Shown in pieces: positions 9,850 to 24,900 of a DNA stretch of 64,000 nucleotides. Below the pieces are notes generated by a model that was given only the letters and a program-made list of their open reading frames with translations, was not told where the DNA came from and did not search any database. The position numbers and the translations under genes were made by a program. The stretch lies in contig OZ059900.1 of NCBI GenBank assembly GCA_964057225.1, positions 5,022,001 to 5,086,000 on the forward strand, in the 5' to 3' direction. The first letter of the stretch is position 1. Each line of letters begins with the position of its first letter. This DNA is from Auanema rhodensis. Its lineage: Eukaryota; Animalia; Nematoda.

Positions 9850-12800
9850 CCATTCGCATGGCTTAATCCTTGAGGAAAGCTACAGCGCTGACAGATTCAA
9901 TCAAGTTTAAAAAAAAATTTTTTTTCAATTCAGATGTTGACACTCTTTGAAAATGTGTAATAAATGTTTTGAGAGTATCGTGAAAACAAGTTGGAAAAAA
10001 ACTTTTTTTTGGACTTGGAAATTTTTTTTGGACTGTGAGCCATTCGCATGGCTTAATCCTTGAGGAAAGCTACAGCGCTGACAGATTCAATCAAGTTTAA
10101 AAAAAAATTTTTTTTAATTCAGATGTTGACACTCTTTGAAAATGTGTAATAAATGTTTTGAGAGTATCGTGAAAACAAGTTGGAAAAAAACTTTTTTTTG
10201 GATTTGGAAATTTTTTTTGGACTGTGAGCCATTCGCATGGCTTAATCCTTGAGGAAAGCTACAGCGCTGACAGATTCAATCAAGTTTAAAAAAAAATTTT
10301 TTTTCAATTCAGATGTTGAAACTCTTTAAAAATGTGTAATAAGTGTTTTGAGAGTATCGTGAAAACAAGTTGGAAAAAAAATTTTTTTTGGACTTGGCAA
10401 TTTTTTTTGGACTGTGAGCCATTCGCATGGCTTAATCCTTGAGGAAAGCTACAGCGCTGACAGATTCAATCAAGTTTAAAAAAAAATTTTTTTTTAATTC
10501 AGATGTTGACACTCTTTGAAAATGTGTAATAAATGTTTTGAGAGTATCGTGAAAACAAGTTGGAAAAAAACTTTTTTTTGGACTTGGAAATTTTTTTTGG
10601 ACTGTGAGCCATTCGCATGGCTTAATCCTTGAGGAAAGCTACAGCGCTGACAGATTCAATCAAGTTTAAAAAAAAATTTTTTTTCAATTCAGATGTTGAC
10701 ACTCTTTGAAAATGTGTAATAAATGTTTTGAGAGTATCGTGAAAACAAGTTGGAAAAAAACTTTTTTTTGGACTTGGAAATTTTTTTTGGACTGTGAGCC
10801 ATTCGCATGGCTTAATCCTTGAGGAAAGCTACAGCGCTGACAGATTCAATCAAGTTTAAAAAAAAATTTTTTTTCAATTCAGATGTTGACACTCTTTGAA
10901 AATGTGTAATAAATGTTTTGAGAGTATCGTGAAAACAAGTTGGAAAAAAACTTTTTTTTGGACTTGGAAATTTTTTTTGGACTGTGAGCCATTCGCATGG
11001 CTTAATCCTTGAGGAAAGCTACAGCGCTGACAGATTCAATCAAGTTTAAAAAAAAATTTTTTTTAATTCAGATGTTGACACTCTTTGAAAATGTGTAATA
11101 AATGTTTTGAGAGTATCGTGAAAACAAGTTGGAAAAAAACTTTTTTTTGAACTTGGCAATTTTTTTTGGACTGTGAGCCATTCGCATGGCTTAATCCTTG
11201 AGGAAAGCTACAGCGCTGACAGATTCAATCAAGTTTAAAAAAAATTTTTTTTTTTCAATTCAGATGTTGAAACTCTTTAAAAATGTGTAATAAGTGTTTT
11301 GAGAGTATCGTGAAAACAAGTTGGAAAAAAAATTTTTTTTGGACTTGGCAATTTTTTTTGGACTGTGAGCCATTCGCATGGCTTAATCCTTGAGGAAAGC
11401 TACAGCGCTGACAGATTCAATCAAGTTTAAAAAAAAATTTTTTTTTAATTCAGATGTTGACACTCTTTGAAAATGTGTAATAAATGTTTTGAGAGTATCG
11501 TGAAAACAAGTTGGAAAAAAACTTTTTTTTGGACTTGGAAATTTTTTTTGGACTGTGAGCCATTCGCATGGCTTAATCCTTGAGGAAAGCTACAGCGCTG
11601 ACAGATTCAATCAAGTTTAAAAAAAAATTTTTTTTCAATTCAGATGTTGACACTCTTTGAAAATGTGTAATAAATGTTTTGAGAGTATCGTGAAAACAAG
11701 TTGGAAAAAAACTTTTTTTTGGACTTGGAAATTTTTTTTGGACTGTGAGCCATTCGCATGGCTTAATCCTTGAGGAAAGCTACAGCGCTGACAGATTCAA
11801 TCAAGTTTAAAAAAAAATTTTTTTTCAATTCAGATGTTGACACTCTTTGAAAATGTGTAATAAATGTTTTGAGAGTATCGTGAAAACAAGTTGGAAAAAA
11901 ACTTTTTTTTGGACTTGGAAATTTTTTTTGGACTGTGAGCCATTCGCATGGCTTAATCCTTGAGGAAAGCTACAGCGCTGACAGATTCAATCAAGTTTAA
12001 AAAAAAATTTTTTTTAATTCAGATGTTGACACTCTTTGAAAATGTGTAATAAATGTTTTGAGAGTATCGTGAAAACAAGTTGGAAAAAAACTTTTTTTTG
12101 GATTTGGAAATTTTTTTTGGACTGTGAGCCATTCGCATGGCTTAATCCTTGAGGAAAGCTACAGCGCTGACAGATTCAATCAAGTTTAAAAAAAAATTTT
12201 TTTTCAATTCAGATGTTGACACTCTTTGAAAATGTGTAATAAATGTTTTGAGAGTATCGTGAAAACAAGTTGGAAAAAAATTTTTTTTTGGACTTGGAAA
12301 TTTTTTTTGGTCTGTGAGCCATTCGCATGGCTTAATCGTTGAGGAAAGCTACAGCGCTGACAGATTCAATCAAGTTTAAAAAAAAATTTTTTTTCAATTC
12401 AGATGTTGAAACTCTTTAAAAATGTGTAAAAAATGTTTTGAGAGTATCGTGAAAACAAGTTGGAAAAAAACTTTTTTTTGGACTTGGAAATTTTTTTTGG
12501 ACTGTGAGCCATTCGCATGGCTTAATCCTTGAGGAAAGCTACAGCGCTGACAGATTCAATCAAGTTTAAAAAAAAAATTTTTTTTTTCAATTCAGATGTT
12601 GAAACTCTTTAAAAATGTGTAATAAATCTTTTGAGAGTATCGTGAAAACAAGTTGGAAAAAAACTTTTTTTTGGACTTGGAAATTTTTTTTGGACTGTGA
12701 GCCATTCGCATGGCTTAATCCTTGAGGAAAGCTACAGCGCTGACAGATTCAATCAAGTTTAAAAAAAAATTTTTTTTCACTTCAGATGTTGACACTCTTT

Positions 12801-15420
12801 GAAAATGTGTAATAAATGTTTTGAGAGTATCGTGAAAACAAGTTGGAAAAAAACTTTTTTTTGGACTTGGAAATTTTTTTTGGACTGTGAGCCATTCGCA
12901 TGGCTTAATCCTTGAGGAAAGCTACAGCGCTGACAGATTCAATCAAGTTTAAAAAAAAATTTTTTTTAATTCAGATGTTGACACTCTTTGAAAATGTGTA
13001 ATAAATGTTTTGAGAGTATCGTGAAAACAAGTTGGAAAAAAACTTTTTTTTGGATTTGGAAATTTTTTTTGGACTGTGAGCCATTCGCATGGCTTAATCC
13101 TTGAGGAAAGCTACAGCGCTGACAGATTCAATCAAGTTTAAAAAAAAATTTTTTTTCAATTCAGATGTTGAAACTCTTTAAAAATGTGTAATAAGTGTTT
13201 TGAGAGTATCGTGAAAACAAGTTGGAAAAAAAATTTTTTTTGGACTTGGCAATTTTTTTTGGACTGTGAGCCATTCGCATGGCTTAATCCTTGAGGAAAG
13301 CTACAGCGCTGACAGATTCAATCAAGTTTAAAAAAAAATTTTTTTTTAATTCAGATGTTGACACTCTTTGAAAATGTGTAATAAATGTTTTGAGAGTATC
13401 GTGAAAACAAGTTGGAAAAAAACTTTTTTTTGGACTTGGAAATTTTTTTTGGACTGTGAGCCATTCGCATGGCTTAATCCTTGAGGAAAGCTACAGCGCT
13501 GACAGATTCAATCAAGTTTAAAAAAAAATTTTTTTTCAATTCAGATGTTGACACTCTTTGAAAATGTGTAATAAATGTTTTGAGAGTATCGTGAAAACAA
13601 GTTGGAAAAAAACTTTTTTTTGGACTTGGAAATTTTTTTTGGACTGTGAGCCATTCGCATGGCTTAATCCTTGAGGAAAGCTACAGCGCTGACAGATTCA
13701 ATCAAGTTTAAAAAAAAATTTTTTTTCAATTCAGATGTTGACACTCTTTGAAAATGTGTAATAAATGTTTTGAGAGTATCGTGAAAACAAGTTGGAAAAA
13801 AACTTTTTTTTGGACTTGGAAATTTTTTTTGGACTGTGAGCCATTCGCATGGCTTAATCCTTGAGGAAAGCTACAGCGCTGACAGATTCAATCAAGTTTA
13901 AAAAAAAATTTTTTTTAATTCAGATGTTGACACTCTTTGAAAATGTGTAATAAATGTTTTGAGAGTATCGTGAAAACAAGTTGGAAAAAAACTTTTTTTT
14001 GAACTTGGCAATTTTTTTTGGACTGTGAGCCATTCGCATGGCTTAATCCTTGAGGAAAGCTACAGCGCTGACAGATTCAATCAAGTTTAAAAAAAATTTT
14101 TTTTTTTCAATTCAGATGTTGAAACTCTTTAAAAATGTGTAATAAGTGTTTTGAGAGTATCGTGAAAACAAGTTGGAAAAAAAATTTTTTTTGGACTTGG
14201 CAATTTTTTTTGGACTGTGAGCCATTCGCATGGCTTAATCCTTGAGGAAAGCTACAGCGCTGACAGATTCAATCAAGTTTAAAAAAAAATTTTTTTTTAT
14301 TTCAGATGTTGACACTCTTTGAAAATGTGTAATAAATGTTTTGAGAGTATCGTGAAAACAAGTTGGAAAAAAACTTTTTTTTGGACTTGGAAATTTTTTT
14401 TGGACTGTGAGCCATTCGCATGGCTTAATCCTTGAGGAAAGCTACAGCGCTGACAGATTCAATCAAGTTTAAAAAAAAATTTTTTTTCAATTCAGATGTT
14501 GACACTCTTTGAAAATGTGTAATAAATGTTTTGAGAGTATCGTGAAAACAAGTTGGAAAAAAACTTTTTTTTGGACTTGGAAATTTTTTTTGGACTGTGA
14601 GCCATTCGCATGGCTTAATCCTTGAGGAAAGCTACAGCGCTGACAGATTCAATCAAGTTTAAAAAAAAATTTTTTTTCAATTCAGATGTTGACACTCTTT
14701 GAAAATGTGTAATAAATGTTTTGAGAGTATCGTGAAAACAAGTTGGAAAAAAACTTTTTTTTGGACTTGGAAATTTTTTTTGGACTGTGAGCCATTCGCA
14801 TGGCTTAATCCTTGAGGAAAGCTACAGCGCTGACAGATTCAATCAAGTTTAAAAAAAAATTTTTTTTAATTCAGATGTTGACACTCTTTGAAAATGTGTA
14901 ATAAATGTTTTGAGAGTATCGTGAAAACAAGTTGGAAAAAAACTTTTTTTTGGATTTGGAAATTTTTTTTGGACTGTGAGCCATTCGCATGGCTTAATCC
15001 TTGAGGAAAGCTACAGCGCTGACAGATTCAATCAAGTTTAAAAAAAAATTTTTTTTCAATTCAGATGTTGACACTCTTTGAAAATGTGTAATAAATGTTT
15101 TGAGAGTATCGTGAAAACAAGTTGGAAAAAAATTTTTTTTTGGACTTGGAAATTTTTTTTGGTCTGTGAGCCATTCGCATGGCTTAATCGTTGAGGAAAG
15201 CTACAGCGCTGACAGATTCAATCAAGTTTAAAAAAAAATTTTTTTTCAATTCAGATGTTGAAACTCTTTAAAAATGTGTAAAAAATGTTTTGAGAGTATC
15301 GTGAAAACAAGTTGGAAAAAAACTTTTTTTTGGACTTGGAAATTTTTTTTGGACTGTGAGCCATTCGCATGGCTTAATCCTTGAGGAAAGCTACAGCGCT
15401 GACAGATTCAATCAAGTTTA
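9850..15420 (+). repeat. Higher-order repeat, ~15 monomers, 2852-bp period
   Basis: ggaTttggaa at 10200/13052 and at 12100/14952, and ggTctgtg...aatcGtt at 12309/15161, all have an offset of 2852. Boundaries are approximate. Confidence 0.82.
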
Positions 15421-15990
15421 AAAAAAAATTTTTTTTAATTCAGATGTTGACACTCTTTGAAAATGTGTAATAAATGTTTTGAGAGTATCGTGAAAACAAG
15501 TTGGAAAAAAACTTTTTTTTGGATTTGGAAATTTTTTTTGGACTGTGAGCCATTCGCATGGCTTAATCCTTGAGGAAAGCTACAGCGCTGACAGATTCAA
15601 TCAAGTTTAAAAAAAAATTTTTTTTCAATTCAGATGTTGACACTCTTTGAAAATGTGTAATAAATGTTTTGAGAGTATCGTGAAAACAAGTTGGAAAAAA
15701 ATTTTTTTTTGGACTTGGAAATTTTTTTTGGTCTGTGAGCCATTCGCATGGCTTAATCGTTGAGGAAAGCTACAGCGCTGACAGATTCAATCAAGTTTAA
15801 AAAAAAATTTTTTTTCAATTCAGATGTTGAAACTCTTTAAAAATGTGTAAAAAATGTATTGAGAGTATCGTGAAAAAAAGTTGGAAAAAAACTTTTTTTT
15901 GGACTTGGAAATTTTTTTTGGACTGTGAGCCATTCGCATGGCTTAATCCTTGAGGAAAGCTACAGCGCTGACAGATTCAATCAAGTTTAA
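14800..15990 (+). repeat. 3-monomer tandem duplication, 569-bp period
   Basis: ggatttggaa at 14952 and 15521, and ggtctgtg at 15161 and 15730. Boundaries are approximate. Confidence 0.8.
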
Positions 15991-18900
15991 AAAAAAAATT
16001 TTTTTTTTCAATTCAGATGTTGAAACTCTTTAAAAATGTGTAATAAATCTTTTGAGAGTATCGTGAAAACAAGTTGGAAAAAAACTTTTTTTTGGACTTG
16101 GAAATTTTTTTTGGACTGTGAGCCATTCGCATGGCTTAATCCTTGAGGAAAGCTACAGCGCTGACAGATTCAATCAAGTTTAAAAAAAAATTTTTTTTCA
16201 ATTCAGATGTTGACACTCTTTGAAAATGTGTAATAAATGTTTTGAGAGTATCGTGAAAACAAGTTGGAAAAAAACTTTTTTTTGGACTTGGAAATTTTTT
16301 TTGGACTGTGAGCCATTCGCATGGCTTAATCCTTGAGGAAAGCTACAGCGCTGACAGATTCAATCAAGTTTAAAAAAAAATTTTTTTTCAATTCAGATGT
16401 TGACACTCTTTGAAAATGTGTAATAAATGTTTTGAGAGTATCGTGAAAACAAGTTGGAAAAAAACTTTTTTTTGGACTTGGAAATTTTTTTTGGACTGTG
16501 AGCCATTCGCATGGCTTAATCCTTGAGGAAAGCTACAGCGCTGACAGATTCAATCAAGTTTAAAAAAAATTTTTTTTCAATTCAGATGTTGACACTCTTT
16601 GAAAATGTGTAATAAATGTTTTGAGAGTATCGTGAAAACAAGTTGGAAAAAAACTTTTTTTTGGACTTGGAAATTTTTTTTGGACTGTGAGCCATTCGCA
16701 TGGCTTAATCCTTTAGGAAAGCTACAGCGCTGACAGATTCAATCAAGTTTAAAAAAAAATTTTTTTTTTCAATTCAGATGTTGAAACTCTTTAAAAATGT
16801 GTAATAAATGTTTTGAGAGTATCGTGAAAACAAGTTGGAAAAAAATTTTTTTTGGACTGTGAGTCATTCGCATGGCTTAATCCTTGAGGAAAGCTACAGC
16901 GCTGACAGATTCAATCAAGTTTAAAAAAAAAATTTTTTTTTCAATTCAGATGTTGAAACTCTTTAAAAATGTGTAATAAGTGTTTTGAGAGTATCGTGAA
17001 AACAAGTTGGAAAAAAAATTTTTTTTGGACTTGGCAATTTTGTTTGGACTGTGAGCCATTCGCATGGCTTAATCCTTGAGGAAAGCTACAGCGCTGACAG
17101 ATTCAATCAAGTTTAAAAAAAATTTTTTTTTTATTTCAGATGTTGACACTCTTTGAAAATGTGTAATAAATGTTTTGAGAGTATCGTGAAAACAAGTTGG
17201 AAAAAAACTTTTTTTTGAACTTGGCAATTTTTTTTGGACTGTGAGCCATTCGCATGGCTTAATCCTTTAGGAAAGCTACAGCGCTGACAGATTCAATCAA
17301 GTTTAAAAAAAATTTTTTTTTTTCAATTCAGATGTTGAAACTCTTTAAAAATGTGTAATAAATGTTTTGAGAGTATCGTGAAAACAAGTTGGAAAAAAAC
17401 TTTTTTTTGGACTTGGAAATTTTTTTTGGACTGTGAGCCATTCGCATGGCTTAATCCTTGAGGAAAGCTACAGCGCTGACAGATTCAATCAAGTTTAAAA
17501 AAAAATTTTTTTTAATTCAGATGTTGACAATCTTTGAAAATGTGTAATAAATGTTTTGAGAGTATCGTGAAAACAAGTTGGAAAAAAACTTTTTTTTGGA
17601 TTTGGAAATTTTTTTTGGACTGTGAGCCATTCGCATGGCTTAATCCTTGAGGAAAGCTACAGCGCTGACAGATTCAATCAAGTTTAAAAAAAAATTTTTT
17701 TTAATTCAGATGTTGACACTCTTTGAAAATGTGTAATAAATGTTTTGAGAGTATCGTGAAAACAAGTTGGAAAAAAACTTTTTTTTGAACTTGGCAATTT
17801 TTTTTGGACTGTGAGCCATTCGCATGGCTTAATCCTTTAGGAAAGCTACAGCGCTGACAGATTCAATCAAGTTTAAAAAAAATTTTTTTTTTCAATTCAG
17901 ATGTTGAAACTCTTTAAAAATGTGTAATAAATGTTTTGAGAGTATCGTGAAAACAAGTTGGAAAAAAACTTTTTTTTGGACTTGGAAATTTTTTTTGGAC
18001 TGTGAGCCATTCGCATGGCTTAATCCTTGAGGAAAGCTACAGCGCTGACAGATTCAATCAAGTTTAAAAAAAAATTTTTTTTAATTCAGATGTTGACACT
18101 CTTTGAAAATGTGTAATAAATGTTTTGAGAGTATCGTGAAAACAAGTTGGAAAAAAACTTTTTTTTGGATTTGGAAATTTTTTTTGGACTGTGAGCCATT
18201 CGCATGGCTTAATCCTTGAGGAAAGCTACAGCGCTGACAGATTCAATCAAGTTTAAAAAAAAATTTTTTTTCAATTCAGATGTTGAAACTCTTTAAAAAT
18301 GTGTAATAAGTGTTTTGAGAGTATCGTGAAAACAAGTTGGAAAAAAAATTTTTTTTGGACTTGGCAATTTTTTTTGGACTGTGAGCCATTCGCATGGCTT
18401 AATCCTTGAGGAAAGCTACAGCGCTGACAGATTCAATCAAGTTTAAAAAAAAATTTTTTTTTAATTCAGATGTTGACACTCTTTGAAAATGTGTAATAAA
18501 TGTTTTGAGAGTATCGTGAAAACAAGTTGGAAAAAAACTTTTTTTTGGACTTGGAAATTTTTTTTGGACTGTGAGCCATTCGCATGGCTTAATCCTTGAG
18601 GAAAGCTACAGCGCTGACAGATTCAATCAAGTTTAAAAAAAAATTTTTTTTAATTCAGATGTTGACAATCTTTGAAAATGTGTAATAAATGTTTTGAGAG
18701 TATCGTGAAAACAAGTTGGAAAAAAACTTTTTTTTGGATTTGGAAATTTTTTTTGGACTGTGAGCCATTCGCATGGCTTAATCCTTGAGGAAAGCTACAG
18801 CGCTGACAGATTCAATCAAGTTTAAAAAAAAATTTTTTTTAATTCAGATGTTGACACTCTTTGAAAATGTGTAATAAATGTTTTGAGAGTATCGTGAAAA

Positions 18901-21900
18901 CAAGTTGGAAAAAAACTTTTTTTTGAACTTGGCAATTTTTTTTGGACTGTGAGCCATTCGCATGGCTTAATCCTTTAGGAAAGCTACAGCGCTGACAGAT
19001 TCAATCAAGTTTAAAAAAAATTTTTTTTTTTCAATTCAGATGTTGAAACTCTTTAAAAATGTGTAATAAATGTTTTGAGAGTATCGTGAAAACAAGTTGG
19101 AAAAAAACTTTTTTTTGGATTTGGAAATTTTTTTTGGACTGTGAGCCATTCGCATGGCTTAATCCTTGAGGAAAGCTACAGCGCTGACAGATTCAATCAA
19201 GTTTAAAAAAAAATTTTTTTTCAATTCAGATGTTGAAACTCTTTAAAAATGTGTAATAAGTGTTTTGAGAGTATCGTGAAAACAAGTTGGAAAAAAACTT
19301 TTTTTTGGATTTGGAAATTTTTTTTGGACTGTGAGCCATTCGCATGGCTTAATCCTTGAGGAAAGCTACAGCGCTGACAGATTCAATCAAGTTTAAAAAA
19401 AAATTTTTTTTCAATTCAGATGTTGAAACTCTTTAAAAATGTGTAATAAGTGTTTTGAGAGTATCGTGAAAACAAGTTGGAAAAAAAATTTTTTTTGGAC
19501 TTGGCAATTTTTTTTGGACTGTGAGCCATTCGCATGGCTTAATCCTTGAGGAAAGCTACAGCGCTGACAGATTCAATCAAGTTTAAAAAAAAATTTTTTT
19601 TTAATTCAGATGTTGACACTCTTTGAAAATGTGTAATAAATGTTTTGAGAGTATCGTGAAAACAAGTTGGAAAAAAACTTTTTTTTGGACTTGGAAATTT
19701 TTTTTGGACTGTGAGCCATTCGCATGGCTTAATCCTTGAGGAAAGCTACAGCGCTGACAGATTCAATCAAGTTTAAAAAAAAATTTTTTTTCAATTCAGA
19801 TGTTGACACTCTTTGAAAATGTGTAATAAATGTTTTGAGAGTATCGTGAAAACAAGTTGGAAAAAAACTTTTTTTTGGACTTGGAAATTTTTTTTGGACT
19901 GTGAGCCATTCGCATGGCTTAATCCTTGAGGAAAGCTACAGCGCTGACAGATTCAATCAAGTTTAAAAAAAAATTTTTTTTCAATTCAGATGTTGACACT
20001 CTTTGAAAATGTGTAATAAATGTTTTGAGAGTATCGTGAAAACAAGTTGGAAAAAAACTTTTTTTTGGACTTGGAAATTTTTTTTGGACTGTGAGCCATT
20101 CGCATGGCTTAATCCTTGAGGAAAGCTACAGCGCTGACAGATTCAATCAAGTTTAAAAAAAAATTTTTTTTAATTCAGATGTTGACACTCTTTGAAAATG
20201 TGTAATAAATGTTTTGAGAGTATCGTGAAAACAAGTTGGAAAAAATCTTTTTTTTGGATTTGGAAATTTTTTTTGGACTGTGAGCCATTCGCATGGCTTA
20301 ATCCTTGAGGAAAGCTACAGCGCTGACAGATTCAATCAAGTTTAAAAAAAAATTTTTTTTCAATTCAGATGTTGACACTCTTTGAAAATGTGTAATAAAT
20401 GTTTTGAGAGTATCGTGAAAACAAGTTGGAAAAAAATTTTTTTTTGGACTTGGAAATTTTTTTTGGTCTGTGAGCCATTCGCATGACTTAATCGTTGAGG
20501 AAAGCTACAGCGCTGACAGATTCAATCAAGTTTAAAAAAAAATTTTTTTTCAATTCAGATGTTGAAACTCTTTAAAAATGTGTAAAAAATGTTTTGAGAG
20601 TATCGTGAAAACAAGTTGGAAAAAAACTTTTTTTTGGACTTGGAAATTTTTTTTGGACTGTGAGCCATTCGCATGGCTTAATCCTTGAGGAAAGCTACAG
20701 CGCTGACAGATTCAATCAAGTTTAAAAAAAAAATTTTTTTTTTCAATTCAGATGTTGAAACTCTTTAAAAATGTGTAATAAATCTTTTGAGAGTATCGTG
20801 AAAACAAGTTGGAAAAAAACTTTTTTTTGGACTTGGAAATTTTTTTTGGACTGTGAGCCATTCGCATGGCTTAATCCTTGAGGAAAGCTACAGCGCTGAC
20901 AGATTCAATCAAGTTTAAAAAAAAATTTTTTTTCAATTCAGATGTTGACACTCTTTGAAAATGTGTAATAAATGTTTTGAGAGTATCGTGAAAACAAGTT
21001 GGAAAAAAACTTTTTTTTGGACTTGGAAATTTTTTTTGGACTGTGAGCCATTCGCATGGCTTAATCCTTGAGGAAAGCTACAGCGCTGACAGATTCAATC
21101 AAGTTTAAAAAAAAATTTTTTTTCAATTCAGATGTTGACACTCTTTGAAAATGTGTAATAAATGTTTTGAGAGTATCGTGAAAACAAGTTGGAAAAAAAC
21201 TTTTTTTTGGACTTGGAAATTTTTTTTGGACTGTGAGCCATTCGCATGGCTTAATCCTTGAGGAAAGCTACAGCGCTGACAGATTCAATCAAGTTTAAAA
21301 AAAATTTTTTTTCAATTCAGATGTTGACACTCTTTGAAAATGTGTAATAAATGTTTTGAGAGTATCGTGAAAACAAGTTGGAAAAAAACTTTTTTTTGGA
21401 CTTGGAAATTTTTTTTGGACTGTGAGCCATTCGCATGGCTTAATCCTTTAGGAAAGCTACAGCGCTGACAGATTCAATCAAGTTTAAAAAAAATTTTTTT
21501 TTTTCAATTCAGATGTTGAAACTCTTTAAAAATGTGTAATAAATGTTTTGAGAGTATCGTGAAAACAAGTTGGAAAAAAATTTTTTTTGGACTGTGAGTC
21601 ATTCGCATGGCTTAATCCTTGAGGAAAGCTACAGCGCTGACAGATTCAATCAAGTTTAAAAAAAAAATTTTTTTTTCAATTCAGATGTTGAAACTCTTTA
21701 AAAATGTGTAATAAGTGTTTTGAGAGTATCGTGAAAACAAGTTGGAAAAAAATTTTTTTTGGACTTGGCAATTTTGTTTGGACTGTGAGCCATTCGCATG
21801 GCTTAATCCTTGAGGAAAGCTACAGCGCTGACAGATTCAATCAAGTTTAAAAAAATTTTTTTTTTTATTTCAGATGTTGACACTCTTTGAAAATGTGTAA

Positions 21901-21940
21901 TAAATGTTTTGAGAGTATCGTGAAAACAAGTTGGAAAAAA
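15350..21940 (+). repeat. Block duplication with 4735-bp offset (~15.35-17.2 kb copied at ~20.1-21.9 kb)
   Basis: ggtctgtg at 15730/20465, aaatCtttt at 16049/20784 and cctttagg at 16711/21446 share the 4735 offset. Confidence 0.8.
17400..19100 (+). repeat. 6-monomer duplication, 1138-bp offset
   Basis: The rare variant gacaAtcttt occurs at 17530 and 18668, followed by the same order of downstream variants. Confidence 0.75.
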
Positions 21941-21969
21941 ACTTTTTTTTGGACTTGGAAATTTTTTTT

Positions 21970-24900
21970 GGACTGTGAGCCATTCGCATGGCTTAATCCT
22001 TGAGGAAAGCTACAGCGCTGACAGATTCAATCAAGTTTAAAAAAAAAATTTTTTTTAATTCAGATGTTGACACTCTTTGAAAATGTGTAATAAATGTTTT
22101 GAGAGTATCGTGAAAACAAGTTGGAAAAAAACTTTTTTTTGAACTTGGCAATTTTTTTTGGACTGTGAGCCATTCGCATGGCTTAATCCTTGAGGAAAGC
22201 TACAGCGCTGACAGATTCAATCAAGTTAAAAAAAATTTTTTTTTTTTCAATTCAGATGTTGAAACTCTTTAAAAATGTGTAATAAATGTTTTGAGAGTAT
22301 CGTGAAAACAAGTTGGAAAAAAATTTTTTTTGGACTTGGAAATTTTTTTTGGACTGTGAGCCATTCGCATGGCTTAATCCTTGAGGAAAGCTACAGCGCT
22401 GACAGATTCAATCAAGTTTAAAAAAAAATTTTTTTTCAATTCAGATGTTGACACTCTTTGAAAATGTGTAATAAATGTTTTGAGAGTATCGTGAAAACAA
22501 GTTGGAAAAAAACTTTTTTTTGGACTTGGAAATTTTTTTTGGACTGTGAGCCATTCGCATGGCTTAATCCTTGAGGAAAGCTACAGCGCTGACAGATTCA
22601 ATCAAGTTTAAAAAAAATTTTTTTTTCAATTCAGATGTTGAAACTCTTTAAAAATGTGTAATAAGTGTTTTGAGAGTATCGTGAAAACAAGTTGGAAAAA
22701 AAATTTTTTTTGGACTTGGCAATTTTTTTTGGACTGTGAGCCATTCGCATGGCTTAATCCTTGAGGAAAGCTACAGCGCTGACAGATTCAATCAAGTTTA
22801 AAAAAAAATTTTTTTTTCAATTCAGATGTTGACACTCTTTGAAAATGTGTAATAAATGTTTTGAGAGTATCGTGAAAACAAGTTGGAAAAAAACTTTTTT
22901 TTGGACTTGGAAATTTTTTTTGGACTGTGAGCCATTCGCATGGCTTAATCGTTGAGGAAAGCTACAGCGCTGACAGATTCAATCAAGTTTAAAAAAAAAT
23001 TTTTTTTTCAATTCAGATGTTGACACTCTTTGAAAATGTGTAATAAATGTTTTGAGAGTATCGTGAAAACAAGTTGGAAAAAAACTTTTTTTTGGACTTG
23101 GAAATTTTTTTTGGACTGTGAGCCATTCGCATGGCTTAATCCTTTAGGAAAGCTACAGCGCTGACAGATTCAATCAAGTTTAAAAAAAATTTTTTTTTTT
23201 CAATTCAGATGTTGAAACTCTTTAAAAATGTGTAATAAATGTTTTGAGAGTATCGTGAAAACAAGTTGGAAAAAAATTTTTTTTTGGACTGTGAGTCATT
23301 CGCATGGCTTAATCGTTGAGGAAAGCTACAGCGCTGACAGATTCAATCAAGTTTAAAAAAAAATTTTTTTTTCAATTCAGATGTTGACACTCTTTGAAAA
23401 TGTGTAATAAATGTTTTGAGAGTATCGTGAAAACAAGTTGGAAAAAAACTTTTTTTTGGACTTGGAAATTTTTTTTGGACTGTGAGCCATTCGCATGGCT
23501 TAATCCTTGAGGAAAGCTACAGCGCTGACAGATTCAATCAAGTTTAAAAAAAATTTTTTTTTTTCAATTCAGATGTTGAAACTCTTTAAAAATGTGTAAT
23601 AAATGTTTTGAGAGTATCGTGAAAACAAGTTGGAAAAAAATTTTTTTTGGACTGTGAGTCATTCGCATGGCTTAATCCTTGAGGAAAGCTACAGCGCTGA
23701 CAGATTCAATCAAGTTTAAAAAAAAAATTTTTTTTTCAATTCAGATGTTGAAACTCTTTAAAAATGTGTAATAAGTGTTTTGAGAGTATCGTGAAAACAA
23801 GTTGGAAAAAAAATTTTTTTTGGACTTGGCAATTTTGTTTGGACTGTGAGCCATTCGCATGGCTTAATCCTTGAGGAAAGCTACAGCGCTGACAGATTCA
23901 ATCAAGTTTAAAAAAAAATTTTTTTTTATTTCAGATGTTGACACTCTTTGAAAATGTGTAATAAATGTTTTGAGAGTATCGTGAAAACAAGTTGGAAAAA
24001 AACTTTTTTTTGGACTTGGAAATTTTTTTTGGACTGTGAGCCATTCGCATGGCTTAATCCTTGAGGAAAGCTACAGCGCTGACAGATTCAATCAAGATTA
24101 AAAAAAAAATTTTTTTTAATTCAGATGTTGACACTCTTTGAAAATGTGTAATAAATGTTTTGAGAGTATCGTGAAAACAAGTTGGAAAAAAACTTTTTTT
24201 TGAACTTGGCAATTTTTTTTGGACTGTGAGCCATTCGCATGGCTTAATCCTTGAGGAAAGCTACAGCGCTGACAGATTCAATCAAGTTTAAAAAAAATTT
24301 TTTTTTTTCAATTCAGATGTTGAAACTCTTTAAAAATGTGTAATAAATGTTTTGAGAGTATCGTGAAAACAAGTTGGAAAAAAATTTTTTTTGGACTTGG
24401 AAATTTTTTTTGGACTGTGAGCCATTCGCATGGCTTAATCCTTGAGGAAAGCTACAGCGCTGACAGATTCAATCAAGTTTAAAAAAAAATTTTTTTTCAA
24501 TTCAGATGTTGACACTCTTTGAAAATGTGTAATAAATGTTTTGAGAGTATCGTGAAAACAAGTTGGAAAAAAACTTTTTTTTGGACTTGGAAATTTTTTT
24601 TGGACTGTGAGCCATTCGCATGGCTTAATCCTTGAGGAAAGCTACAGCGCTGACAGATTCAATCAAGTTAAAAAAATTTTTTTTTCAATTCAGATGTTGA
24701 AACTCTTTAAAAATGTGTAATAAGTGTTTTGAGAGTATCGTGAAAACAAGTTGGAAAAAAAATTTTTTTTGGACTTGGCAATTTTTTTTGGACTGTGAGC
24801 CATTCGCATGGCTTAATCCTTGAGGAAAGCTACAGCGCTGACAGATTCAATCAAGTTTAAAAAAAAATTTTTTTTTAATTCAGATGTTGACACTCTTTGA